Source: Candidatus Eiseniibacteriota bacterium (GTDB taxonomy: Bacteria; Eisenbacteria; RBG-16-71-46; CAVPCR01). From it: a DNA stretch of 64,000 nucleotides. Location of the stretch: positions 1,152,001-1,216,000 of the forward strand of contig CAWGMA010000001.1 of the NCBI GenBank assembly GCA_963823555.1, given 5' to 3'. The notes below the pieces were generated by a model. It was not told the DNA's origin. It saw nothing but the letters and a program-made list of their open reading frames with translations, and ran no database searches. Every line of letters starts with the position of its first letter. Positions within the stretch are counted from its first letter, which is position 1. Of this stretch, positions 1-10,569 are shown piece by piece. A program made the position numbers and the translations under genes.

Positions 1-628
1 CATCGATCAGGTGCTCGAGGCCCTTGCGCGGATCGAGGCGCCCCATGGCGAGCACGGTCGGTACGCCGTCGCGCGGGAACAGCGGCGATATGGTGGGTGA
101 GAAACGGTCCAGATCCACGCCGTTTGGAATGAGTTCGTAGGGACCGGGGAAGTACTGGCCGACGAAACGGCGCGCCGGCTCGCTGACGGCGACCGGCACC
201 GTGATCTTGGCGAACTCGCGGGCGAGGGGTGGGCGGAACAGGGCATAGCCGAGATTCGAGCGTGCCGTGGCGTGGAACGTGCCCACGACGGGGCGACCAT
301 CGGCTGCCTTGAGGGCGGCCAGTGGCAGCATCGGGGCGAGCGGGCAATGAACGTGCACGACATCGAATCGCTCGCGCCGGTAGATGTCCCGGAGGCGATT
401 CACAAGGCCGATTCCGTACGTGAAGTTGACGGTGGCCCCGTTCCAGGGCACGAGGCGCTGGTTCCCGATGCGGATCACGCCACGTTCTTCCGCCGCCGTG
501 GAGGCCCCAGCGGTGATCACGGTTACGCGATGGCCACGGTGGCGAAGGCCACGCGCCGTGGCCGCTACATTCTCGGTCACCCCCCCGTAATGTGGGTAGT
601 AAGCGTGGGTGACGATTCCGATCCTCAC
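1..628 (-). CDS. GT4 glycosyltransferase, PimA-like (phosphatidyl-myo-inositol mannosyltransferase-like); 3' end runs off the window
   Basis: Not in the ORF track. Reading the minus strand from GTG at 628 (GTGA overlap with the upstream stop) gives MRIGIVTHAYYPHYGGVTENV...FDVVHVHCPLAP...VVGTFH...IPNGVDLDRF...MGRLDPRKGL, typical GT4/PimA motifs. Confidence 0.85.
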   Translation of the reverse strand, partial: MRIGIVTHAYYPHYGGVTENVAATARGLRHRGHRVTVITAGASTAAEERGVIRIGNQRLVPWNGATVNFTYGIGLVNRLRDIYRRERFDVVHVHCPLAPMLPLAALKAADGRPVVGTFHATARSNLGYALFRPPLAREFAKITVPVAVSEPARRFVGQYFPGPYELIPNGVDLDRFSPTISPLFPRDGVPTVLAMGRLDPRKGLEHLID

Positions 629-1554
629 GCCCAGCCCCTCGTGTCTTGTGCGGCGCGTTGCATGGTGACATCGAGCCGCCCGCGGGTGTGGCGCTCCGGC
701 GCGGCGCTCCACAGGGGCCGGAACAGGCACCACTGAGTCGGATCGGCGGCGATGGCGGTTTCGAGCGGAGCCAGGAGCTGGCGCATCGCGCTGGCCGAGT
801 CGGCGCCGGGTTTGACGGGAGCGTGAATGGATGCGTGGAACTCGGCGGGCGCGACGCGCCGCATCGTGGCGGGAAGGAGTGCGGCTCCCGTCGCGCGTGC
901 GAGGCGGACCGCGCCCCAGGGCAGATGGGCCGGTGCACCGAGGAAGTCGACCGGATTTCCCTGCTGGAAGACGTCGCCATCGATGAGCAGGGCGATGATC
1001 CGGTTGGAAGCGAGTTGCCGGTACAGGGAGCGCATGCCGTCCACCGGCCGGACCACGGCGATGCCGCGTCGCGCCTTGTCACGACGCACCGCGGGAGCCA
1101 GCCGTCCCAGTTGCTCGCCGGTGACCACGGTCAGAGGATAGCCGCTCGCGGCCAGTTCGGCGGCTGCCACCTCCCAGTTGCCCAGGTGGCAGGTGACGAG
1201 AATGGCACCGCGTCCGCCATCCAGGGCCTGGTCGATGTGCTCACAGCCGTCGATGCGTACGGGGAACCTGGCGCCGCCTCCGGCGCGCAGCCACTCGAAG
1301 AGCAGAGCGCCGTGGCTCTCGAAGGTGGCGCGGGCGAGGTCCGAGGGCGAAGGCCAGGCGGCGGCCCGCTGGCGGTGGCCATCCTGGCGAGCGAAGGCCA
1401 GAGCCCGAGCGAGGTTAGCCGTGACGGCCGCGCGCCGGCTGGGAGCGCAATGGTAGTGCAACCGAGCTCCGGCCCGCGCGATGGTATAGCCCAAGCGCAC
1501 GGGAAGGAGCCTGGCGATGGTCCTGAGGGTCGTCCAGCCGAGGGATGTGAGCAT
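625..1554 (-). CDS. Lysophospholipid/lipid A acyltransferase family (LpxL/PatA-like)
   Basis: GRGAILVTCHLGNWE (HX4E catalytic motif), FLGAPAHLPWGAVRLARATGA, PTQWCLFRPLW. Confidence 0.85.
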   Translation of the reverse strand: MLTSLGWTTLRTIARLLPVRLGYTIARAGARLHYHCAPSRRAAVTANLARALAFARQDGHRQRAAAWPSPSDLARATFESHGALLFEWLRAGGGARFPVRIDGCEHIDQALDGGRGAILVTCHLGNWEVAAAELAASGYPLTVVTGEQLGRLAPAVRRDKARRGIAVVRPVDGMRSLYRQLASNRIIALLIDGDVFQQGNPVDFLGAPAHLPWGAVRLARATGAALLPATMRRVAPAEFHASIHAPVKPGADSASAMRQLLAPLETAIAADPTQWCLFRPLWSAAPERHTRGRLDVTMQRAAQDTRGWA

Positions 1555-1642
1555 CGCGATGCGGCAGCGTGGTCAGAAGACTTCTCCGGCCTCGCGACCC
1601 CCGTCCCTCGGGGTCCCCGATCGCCGGAGCCAACCGTGCTGC

Positions 1643-1672
1643 ACGCTATGGAGGGGGAGGCAAAGCTGTCAA
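1643..1672 (-). promoter_or_regulatory. sigma-70-type promoter for the acyltransferase-GT4 operon
   Basis: TTGACA-N18-TAGCGT on the minus strand. Confidence 0.6.
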
Positions 1673-1982
1673 GCAGTAAGCGCGAGAGGGGGGAGTGCCG
1701 CCTGTCCTGGCTCCTAGTCCGGGCCGGCGGGTTCAGGCCCGCCAGAAGGAGAGCGCGGGATGGTCGATGATCGACCACCGCACGCACCGAGGCGGGAGAT
1801 TCTGGACCGCTCGCCGGCGAATCCTGACCTACTCCGTGTCCTTCCAGGGTGGGGGGCCAGCCGGCGCCCGCCGTTCGACCGGCTCCTCGGCAGATCCCCG
1901 GGTCCCAGCCCCGGAGTAGCCACAGCGCTGCTCGGCGGCTTGAGCAAGCAGGCAATCCGCGCGCAGGGAACAAGTTTCCCAG

Positions 1983-2012
1983 TTGCCCGTCAACGGACAG
2001 GACAGATAGACT
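1983..2012 (+). promoter_or_regulatory. sigma-70-type promoter for the hypothetical gene and possibly mglA
   Basis: TTGCCC-N18-TAGACT, immediately preceded by the palindrome GGGAA-N5-TTCCC (1966-1980). Confidence 0.5.
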
Positions 2013-2161
2013 CGGTTTTCGCGACGACAGTAAGCCGCCGACACCCGGCGCGCCCGACGCAACCCAAAGCCCTTCATCGCAGACCTCCGCGCTCGATCGT
2101 CCATCGAAACAGCGCTCACTTCCCGGGCCTCGCAACGGTCGTGCCACACGCGAGGAGGAGC

Positions 2162-2569
2162 ATGGCGAGTCTCAAGATGGTGCGCTGCCAGGTCCGCCGC
2201 GCGGGTTCTCCGGCACCGCCTTCACATCGCTATGTTCCTCTCGACGTCTTCCACCTGTGGCAGTTCCTGATGGAAGTCCGCCACGGTTTCGAGGTCGTCG
2301 GTCCGAATGCCTCGATCTGGATCGATCTCGAAGATCAGAGGGAGATGTCCTTCTCCGCGGGTCAGTTCGAGCGGGTCGACGAGATCTGCCTGCACGTCTA
2401 TTCAGAAAAAGACGGTATGTTCCGCAAGATCTGCCGATACTTCCGGACGGAGGAGAGAGACCGCCTGACCGGCGTTCTCCTTCGCCACTACGCTCCGTAC
2501 GTCTATGAGGATGCCCGCCGCCCCCAAGTCAGCGAGCGCGCAGGCATCTGGATCGTGCGGGAAGCATAG
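2162..2569 (+). CDS. Hypothetical protein (135 aa)
   Basis: Strong RBS GAGGAGGAG before ATG 2162; coding-like codon usage; C-terminal part of ORF 1760..2569; no family recognised. Confidence 0.75.
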   Translation: MASLKMVRCQVRRAGSPAPPSHRYVPLDVFHLWQFLMEVRHGFEVVGPNASIWIDLEDQREMSFSAGQFERVDEICLHVYSEKDGMFRKICRYFRTEERDRLTGVLLRHYAPYVYEDARRPQVSERAGIWIVREA

Positions 2570-2736
2570 CCAGCGGCAATCCACCGGGCGTTGCGCACGC
2601 GCGCCAGGCGCGAATCGTGCAGACTGCAGGCTCGCTGGCCGGCAAGCCCGAACTCCGAGCATGCCGGTGTTCTCACGCCTTGCGGCGTGTCGCGGGCAGC
2701 CGCCGGCCGAATCCAGCTGAGAGGAGCCAGATCCCC

Positions 2737-3903
2737 ATGGTCGTGGTCAGCTACTCGGGCAAAGAGATCAACGCCAAGATCGTCTACTACGGCCCCGGGC
2801 TGTGCGGCAAGACGACCAACCTCGAGCGCATCTACGAGGCGGTCCCGGCAGCGAACAAGGGCAAGATGATCTCGATGAAGACCAAGGCGGACCGCACACT
2901 CTTCTTCGACTTCCTGCCACTCGAGCTGGGAGAGGTGGGTGGCTTCCGCACTCGCCTCATGCTCTACACGGTGCCGGGGCAGGTCTTCTACAACGCGACA
3001 CGCAAGCTCGTGTTGAAGGGTGTCGATGCTCTGGTCTTCGTCGCTGACTCGGAACGCGGCAAGATGCAGGAGAATCAGGCCAGCCTGGAGAACCTGCGAG
3101 AGAACCTGGAGTCCTACGGCATGGACCTGGACGAGCTCCCGCTGGTCTTCCAGTACAACAAGCGGGATCTGCCGAGCGTCTACACTCGGGAGGAGCTCGA
3201 CCAGGCTCTCAAGCGCGGCGACCGCCCGATGGTGGAAGGGGTGGCGGCGAAGGGCGAGGGTGTCTTCGAGACCCTGCGCCTGGTCTCGGAACTCCTGCTC
3301 ACTCGACTCCGGGCCCGGCTCGGCGCGGCGTCGTCCGCCCCGCGTGGGCGGGAGGAAGACCCGACGGCCTCCCGGGCGGAGCGGCCCACGGCGGCCGGAC
3401 CGATCGCCCAGGCCCCGCCGGTGATGCATCCGGGTCTGCACGGCGGATCCCAGCCCGCTCCCGCCCCGGGGCCGGTTGCATCCGCAGACACCCCTGCTTC
3501 GCCCCCCCGTCCGCGGGTTCCACTGGGCCAGCCGATTCCCCTGGCCCCGCGGCCGGTGTCGGCGGGGGCCCAGCTGGGTCCCAAGGGCCCGCTGCCGTGG
3601 CGTCCCGAGCCCGGTGCCACGCCGCAGCCGGAACCGCACCAGCTCGAGATCGTGCGGCTCGACAGCGCCGTCCAGCCCGAGGACCCGGACGTTCCCGAGG
3701 CATCCTCAGAGCCCCTGGCTGCAGAGGCGGTCCAGAGCGACAGGGAACGTGATCATCCAGCAGCTCCCACACCGGCAGGAACGAACCGCCTCGTGGTTCC
3801 GGTCCGGATCGAACGCGACGACATCGAAGATGTCGAGTCGATCGAGATCGTCCTGCGCCTCGAGATCGGGCAGCCCAAGGCCCGGCGTCAAGTTTCAGGT
3901 TGA
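2737..3903 (+). CDS. mglA: MglA-family small Ras-like GTPase with a ~195-aa C-terminal extension
   Basis: KEINAKIVYYGPGLCGKTTN, DRTLFFDF, YTVPGQVFY, QYNKRD; RBS GAGGAG before ATG 2737; Pro/Ala-rich linker followed by a short beta-type C-terminal segment. Confidence 0.9.
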   Translation: MVVVSYSGKEINAKIVYYGPGLCGKTTNLERIYEAVPAANKGKMISMKTKADRTLFFDFLPLELGEVGGFRTRLMLYTVPGQVFYNATRKLVLKGVDALVFVADSERGKMQENQASLENLRENLESYGMDLDELPLVFQYNKRDLPSVYTREELDQALKRGDRPMVEGVAAKGEGVFETLRLVSELLLTRLRARLGAASSAPRGREEDPTASRAERPTAAGPIAQAPPVMHPGLHGGSQPAPAPGPVASADTPASPPRPRVPLGQPIPLAPRPVSAGAQLGPKGPLPWRPEPGATPQPEPHQLEIVRLDSAVQPEDPDVPEASSEPLAAEAVQSDRERDHPAAPTPAGTNRLVVPVRIERDDIEDVESIEIVLRLEIGQPKARRQVSG

Positions 3904-3929
3904 CCGCCGCGCGTAGCCACTGCTAGCTT
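3900..3929 (+). promoter_or_regulatory. sigma-70-type promoter for the TPR gene
   Basis: TTGACC-N18-TAGCTT with extended -10 TGC; overlaps the mglA stop. Confidence 0.55.
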
Positions 3930-4076
3930 GCGCCGCGTAGGGGTTCGTCTCCCGCTCCTGCGCGTCGTTGAGCGTTGTGCGCCGTCATCCCAGGATTTCA
4001 CGCTCCGCCAGGCCAGGCGTCTCGTTGCGGCGGCGCCACACGCAGATCTCTTTCACCCCGATCTGGTGACAACGCC

Positions 4077-4946
4077 ATGAAGCCTTCGGATCCGCTCCTT
4101 CCCGGGGTCGCCGGCGATCGTACCCATGTCGTTTCCACATCCGGGACCGAAAGGCCCGCGGGGACTTCTCCCGCGCCGGGCCAGGGGCCGCAGATCACAC
4201 GCGCCGAGATCCAGTCGGCCTTTCGCGATGGGCTGAACGCGCTCAAGCGCGGGCGCCTTGCCGAAGCGGAGCAGCTGCTCGCTTTGACGCTGAAGCGAGA
4301 TCCGAATCATGTCGCCGCGCGCATCAACCTCGCGCTGGTCGCCGATCGACGTGGCGACCGCGACGGGGCACTGCGCGAGCTGCGTACGGCGGCCCGGCAG
4401 GACGGTACGCGCGCAGAGGCCTATGTCAACCTCGGCGCCATCCTGGCCGAGGCTGGTCGCATGACCGACGCCGCCGACTACTTGAGGCGGGCCAGTCAAC
4501 TGGCTCCCGATATGTTCGAGGTCCACTACAACCTCGGTCTATTGCATTATCGCAACGGGCTCCTCGACGATGCCGTCATCGCTTTCGACCGCGCCCTGGT
4601 CCTCGATCCCGATCGGTTCGAGGCTCTCTTCTACCGTGGATTGATCCTGTCCAAGCGGGGACGAGGGCAGGACGCGCTGGCAACCCTCGAGCGCTGCCAC
4701 ACCCTGTCGCCACGCCATCCTGCCACCCTCTATCACCTCGGCGTGGCCTACTGCCGGGCGGATCGCTTTGCAGAGGCCATTCGCACCCTGGAGACAGCGG
4801 TCCAGCTGGTGCCTGATTGCGCGCGTGCCCACTATTACCTGGGCATCGCCTACGATCGTGCCGGGCGAGCCGGGGACGGAGCCACGGCGTTCCGCCGAGC
4901 GAGCGAGCTCAGAGCGTCGGGTGAAGGCAGCTATCGGGTCGACTAG
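4077..4946 (+). CDS. Tetratricopeptide repeat protein
   Basis: About seven TPR units (e.g. AEAYVNLGAILAEAG, VHYNLGLLHY, ALFYRGLIL, AHYYLGIAY); start codon uncertain. Confidence 0.85.
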   Translation: MKPSDPLLPGVAGDRTHVVSTSGTERPAGTSPAPGQGPQITRAEIQSAFRDGLNALKRGRLAEAEQLLALTLKRDPNHVAARINLALVADRRGDRDGALRELRTAARQDGTRAEAYVNLGAILAEAGRMTDAADYLRRASQLAPDMFEVHYNLGLLHYRNGLLDDAVIAFDRALVLDPDRFEALFYRGLILSKRGRGQDALATLERCHTLSPRHPATLYHLGVAYCRADRFAEAIRTLETAVQLVPDCARAHYYLGIAYDRAGRAGDGATAFRRASELRASGEGSYRVD

Positions 4947-5149
4947 GCGGGTGCGATTGGTCTCAGCGAATCAAGCCATCTTGCCGGCGAACGCGACTGT
5001 TCGCACCGCCCGCCTGCCGTGAACGGATCCACGGCATCCGGTCCCCTTGAAGAATCCATTCTCGCGAGCCGGAGGTCTGGTTGTCGCGAAACCGCCGGTC
5101 CGATCGTATCATTATTGTTGACAGCTAGTTACGGTCATAACTTAAGGCG

Positions 5150-5932
5150 ATGTCTGCGATCATGCCCTACTTGAACTACATCATTCTTGGCCTCGTGCAA
5201 GGCGTGACCGAGTTCCTGCCTATCTCGAGCGATGGCCACCTGGTCCTCCTCGGTCACTGGATCCAGACACCCGGCGATGGCATTGCCGTGGTCATCTTCC
5301 TCCACGCGGGTAGTCTGGCCGCCCTGCTGTGGGCATTCCGCCGCGATCTTCTCGGGATCTTCAGGAGCCCGGAACCAGGGCAGGTGGGCGGGCCGAGGCT
5401 GCTCGGACTCCTCATCCTGGCGACGGTGCCTGTCGTCATCGTCGGGCCCACGCTCTACTCGGCGTTCAGCGCTGCCTTCGAATCCTCGACCCTGGCCGCG
5501 TGGATGCTGATCATCAATGGCCTCATCCTGATCTCCACCCGGGCCTCTCGCGTGGGGAATGCCACGGTCAACGTGGCCACGGCACTGGCCATGGGCTGTG
5601 TCCAGATCTTCGCCCTGCTTCCCGGTATTTCGCGTTCCGCGCTGACCATGTCCACCGGGTTCGCCCTCGGCCGTGACCGGGTGCAGGTGGCTCGCTTCTC
5701 GTTCTTGATGGCCGTGCCGGCCATCGCCGGCGCCAACATCTACGAGATCATGAAGCTCGACTCGATGAGCGGCATCGAACCGCTCGGGCTGGCGATCGGC
5801 ATCTTCACCGCATTCATCTCGGGGCTGATTGCCATCAAGGCCTTGTTGCTCCTGGTGAGGCGAGGCCGCTTCGAGTGGTTCGGCGTCTACTGCGTCTTGC
5901 TGGGCATCCTCTTCATCATCCTCGGCATCTGA
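5150..5932 (+). CDS. uppP: Undecaprenyl-diphosphate phosphatase (BacA/UppP)
   Basis: LGLVQGVTEFLPISSDGH, PGISRS, FSFLMAVP motifs; hydrophobic. Confidence 0.93.
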   Translation: MSAIMPYLNYIILGLVQGVTEFLPISSDGHLVLLGHWIQTPGDGIAVVIFLHAGSLAALLWAFRRDLLGIFRSPEPGQVGGPRLLGLLILATVPVVIVGPTLYSAFSAAFESSTLAAWMLIINGLILISTRASRVGNATVNVATALAMGCVQIFALLPGISRSALTMSTGFALGRDRVQVARFSFLMAVPAIAGANIYEIMKLDSMSGIEPLGLAIGIFTAFISGLIAIKALLLLVRRGRFEWFGVYCVLLGILFIILGI

Positions 5933-6148
5933 GCTTCACCCCACCCGTCTGGTCATCGTTCCTCGTCCCTCGTCTACGTAGTTGGAGGGGATGATGTCTC
6001 CACCGGCCTGGTCTCCGCGCCGTGTGTGTGCTACATTGCCGCGCAACTCGCGGGCCCTCGCCCCGAGCAGCGCAGCATGACAGGCCAGGGTGTCTCGCAC
6101 GCGCGATGGATTTCAGCACGAGTGCGAGCTCTCAACTTGGAGGTTCCC

Positions 6149-7301
6149 ATGGCCGACGACGTGGCGATCGGCCCGGATGTGTGCGGGGAAGTGGTTCCAC
6201 TTCGAGAATCCGCCGCGCGCGCCCTGGCCGAGCTGCTGGCCGATCGCCTGCACCTGGCCGCCATCGCGGTCGCTGCTGATGGCCGCATCGAGCTGGCCAA
6301 TCGTGCCGCCGCAACGCTCTTCGCCACGGCCGAGCACGGCCTCCTCGGCATCCCGGTGACCGACGTGCTTGGCGCGAGCCCCGTGCTCGTCCGAACGCTG
6401 GAGGCGGCCCGGGGTGGCGCCGGCGGCACGCTGGACCTCTCGCCTCAAGGCGACCACGAGCCTGCGTTCCACCTGAGCATCCTCCCGGTTCCCAAGACCG
6501 GCGGTGCGCTCCTCCTCATTGCGGCCCACGCCGCGGCGAGCGCGGAGGAGGATTCGACTCACCGCCTGGCTGCGCTCGGCCGCCTCTCGGCCGGCATGGC
6601 GCACGAGATCCGCAATCCGTTGTCGGGAATCGGCACCAATGCCCAGGTTCTACGCCGGCGTTTCGAGGATGGTGATTCCCGGATTCGGTTCGTGGACTTC
6701 ATCCTCGAAGAGGTCACCCGGCTCGATCGCATCATCGAGGACCTCCTGCGTTTCGCCCGTCCACCCGAGCCGCGTCTGGCTCAGCACGACCTGCGCGAAG
6801 CGATCGCCCGGGTCCTCACCCTGGCGCGAGGACGAATCGACAAGACCGGAGTCGAGGTCGATGTCACCGTGGAAGGCGAGCCCCCGGCCGCCTTTGTCGA
6901 TGCCGATCAGATCGCCCAGGTCCTGTTGAACATCGTGCTCAATGCGGTCCAGGCCATGCCCCAGGGCGGCCGACTCACCATCATCCTCAAGGCCGTCGAA
7001 CGTTTGGCGCCCGTGGTCGGTCGCACCGGTCGCCGGGCAGACGATGGCGCCGCCAGCGGTGGCTCCACGGTTCCCCTGCGCCGCTTCCTCGAGATCGAAG
7101 TCCGAGACACGGGTGTCGGCATCGACCGTGGCGACCTGCCCAAGCTGTTCGAACCCTTCTTCACCACGCGCCCGAGCGGTACCGGGCTTGGCCTTTCCAC
7201 GTCCCAGGCGCTGGTGCGCCAGCATGGCGGAGCAATCAGCGTCGAGAGCGAACTGGGGAAGGGGACGGTGGTCACCATCCTGATCCCCGTGGAGAAGCGA
7301 C

Positions 7302-7315
<14 letters not shown>
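6149..7315 (+). CDS. PAS-domain sensor histidine kinase (NtrB-like)
   Basis: RBS GGAGG; PAS-like ANRAAATLF; H-box AHEIRNPL; N-box NIVLNAVQAM; DTGVGI, FEPFFTT, GTGLGL. Confidence 0.92.
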
Positions 7316-8771
<1,456 letters not shown>

Positions 8772-9034
8772 CCTCCGGCCGCTCAGCGCCGTCCGGCGGT
8801 GCGGGCGGTATTTCGCCAGGACCCGTGCATACCGCCCTCGGGGCTCGCGTTCTGCACGCCCGGGGTGAGCCACCTCTTTCCGGTGCTGGCTCATTTCTGA
8901 TCCCTCCCGGCCTCGCCCTGCCCGCCGCCCCGCTCCCGGAAGCCGATCGCCCGGCGCCCTCTACGGCGCGGAACGCTCGTTCCAGTCGCGGCTTCCGCCT
9001 TCTGTTCAGCCCCCCGGACCCGGCCTCGAGGGCC

Positions 9035-9050
9035 GGGCATGGCCCTTGCA
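9035..9050 (+). promoter_or_regulatory. sigma-54 (-24/-12) promoter
   Basis: GGGCAT-GGCCC-TTGCA matches TGGCAC-N5-TTGCW spacing; intergenic, upstream of the receiver/sigma-28 operon. Confidence 0.7.
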
Positions 9051-9116
9051 GCCTGCCTCCCGTGGTGTCTTTCGCCCCAGCCAGGTTCGGCGCCCATCCA
9101 GGGCGGTCGAACCTGG

Positions 9117-9521
9117 ATGACCTCTGCGAGGAAGCGTCCGGTGTCCAAGGTCACCAAGTCCATCCTCATCGTGGATGACGAGCAGGCCACTGCCTGGGCT
9201 CTGGCCGAGGGGCTCAGCGAAGAAGGGTTTGCGATCCGCACCGCCCATTCGGCCACCGAGGCCGAGGCGGCGTTCGCGACCCAGCCCGCCGACCTCGTCA
9301 TCACCGATCTCCGCCTCCCGGATCGCAATGGATTCGAGTTGCTCCTGCGGCTTGGAGTCAATGGTTCGCGACCGCTGGCGATCATCGTGAGCGCGTGGGG
9401 TGGGCCTGAGATCGAGCAGAGCGTGAAACGGAGCGGAGCGCTCGCCTATGTCCAGAAGCCGTTTGATGTCGAGAGGTTGAAGGAAATGGTGGCGGGGGCG
9501 TTGGCCCCGACCTCCCGCTGA
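9117..9521 (+). CDS. Single-domain response regulator (receiver)
   Basis: ILIVDDE, DLVITDLRLPDRNG, SA, QKPF; alternative start GTG 9141 with RBS GAGGAAG. Confidence 0.88.
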   Translation: MTSARKRPVSKVTKSILIVDDEQATAWALAEGLSEEGFAIRTAHSATEAEAAFATQPADLVITDLRLPDRNGFELLLRLGVNGSRPLAIIVSAWGGPEIEQSVKRSGALAYVQKPFDVERLKEMVAGALAPTSR

Positions 9522-9546
9522 GCGCCCAACCGAGCGAGGAGAGCTC

Positions 9547-10491
9547 ATGTCGCGAACTCTCGAAGCCCAGCTGATCGAAGAGGTCGAAACGCAGAAGCCG
9601 CAGCCGCGCTCGGCTCGCGCCGGGCATCTGCCGCGCCGGTCAGCGGAATCGGCCAAGGCCCCCCGCGAGCATGGGAGCCACGGGAAGCGGGCGAACGGCC
9701 ACCCCGTCAACGGCCACCCGATCAACGGACATCGCCTGAAGGAAGTGGCGCTGCCCGTGAACGGGCGTGGCCGCGAGCGTGAGCGGCAGGTCGAGGATGT
9801 CCTCTCTCGCTACTCGCCGCTCGTCAAGTACGTCGTGGACAAGATCTCAGCCACTCTGCCCAAGACGGTTGATCTCGATGACTTGAACAGCTCGGCGGTC
9901 ATCGGTCTCTATGACGCCTGGGAGAAGTTTGACTCGACGCGGGGCACTAAGTTCGAGACCTATGCCGTGTGGCGGATTCGCGGCGCGGTGCTCGACGAAC
10001 TGCGCGCCCTCGACTGGGCCTCCCGCACGACGCGGCGCAAGGCGCGCCACGTGGAGGAGGTGAGCCGCGACCTGGATCAGAAGCTGGGACGGGCCGCGAG
10101 CGACAATGAAATCGCCGAAGCGCTGGGTCTCGATGTCCAGGAGTTCTTCCGTCTCTCGGATCAGGTGCAGAACGCCATCCACCTCTCCCTCGAGCGACCC
10201 CAGTCCCATGACGAGTCATCCGATGTGATGGGGCTAGGTGAGGCGCTCGAGGCCGAGGACACGGTGGATTCCCTGCAGGTGATCGAGCTCGAAGAGGCTC
10301 GGGCCATCTTGCTCGGAGCCATCAACCATTTGCCCGAGCAGGAGCGACTCGTCGTTGCCCTCTACTACTACGAAGAGCTCACCCTCAAGGAGATAGGGGA
10401 GATCCTCGGCATATCCGAATCGCGGGTGTCGCAGGTGCACACCAAGGCCATTCGCCGCCTCCGCCGGCGAGTGCCGGAGCTCGCGGCCTGA
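9547..10491 (+). CDS. RNA polymerase sigma factor, FliA/WhiG (sigma-28) family
   Basis: YSPLVKYV, KFETYAVWRIRGAVLDELRALDW, LYYYEELTLKEIGEILGISESRVSQ; RBS GAGGAGAG; N-terminal extension with NGHP repeats. Confidence 0.93.
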   Translation: MSRTLEAQLIEEVETQKPQPRSARAGHLPRRSAESAKAPREHGSHGKRANGHPVNGHPINGHRLKEVALPVNGRGRERERQVEDVLSRYSPLVKYVVDKISATLPKTVDLDDLNSSAVIGLYDAWEKFDSTRGTKFETYAVWRIRGAVLDELRALDWASRTTRRKARHVEEVSRDLDQKLGRAASDNEIAEALGLDVQEFFRLSDQVQNAIHLSLERPQSHDESSDVMGLGEALEAEDTVDSLQVIELEEARAILLGAINHLPEQERLVVALYYYEELTLKEIGEILGISESRVSQVHTKAIRRLRRRVPELAA

Positions 10492-10569
10492 CGCCGCCAA
10501 GCGAGCCAGGACGCGGCTGGGCGTACCCGGCATTGGGTCAAGGTCGATAGAGAACAAGCGAGGGAGAGC

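Noticed and set aside
1760..2161. N-terminal extension of ORF 1760..2569 and overlapping minus-strand ORFs
   Set aside because: Low-complexity Arg/Pro translation; the region contains promoter elements and a strong RBS at 2152-2160 favours ATG 2162
2019..2161. Possible c-di-GMP-I riboswitch (GACGCAA seen near 2056)
   Set aside because: The preceding GGCAAA/GNRA P2 stem and the downstream P3 elements are absent
5118..5128. TTGACAGCTAG resembles the start of synthetic Anderson promoters; the AT-rich patch was also considered as a dif site
   Set aside because: Only an 11-nt match with no vector context; no XerC/XerD 11-6-11 arrangement recognisable
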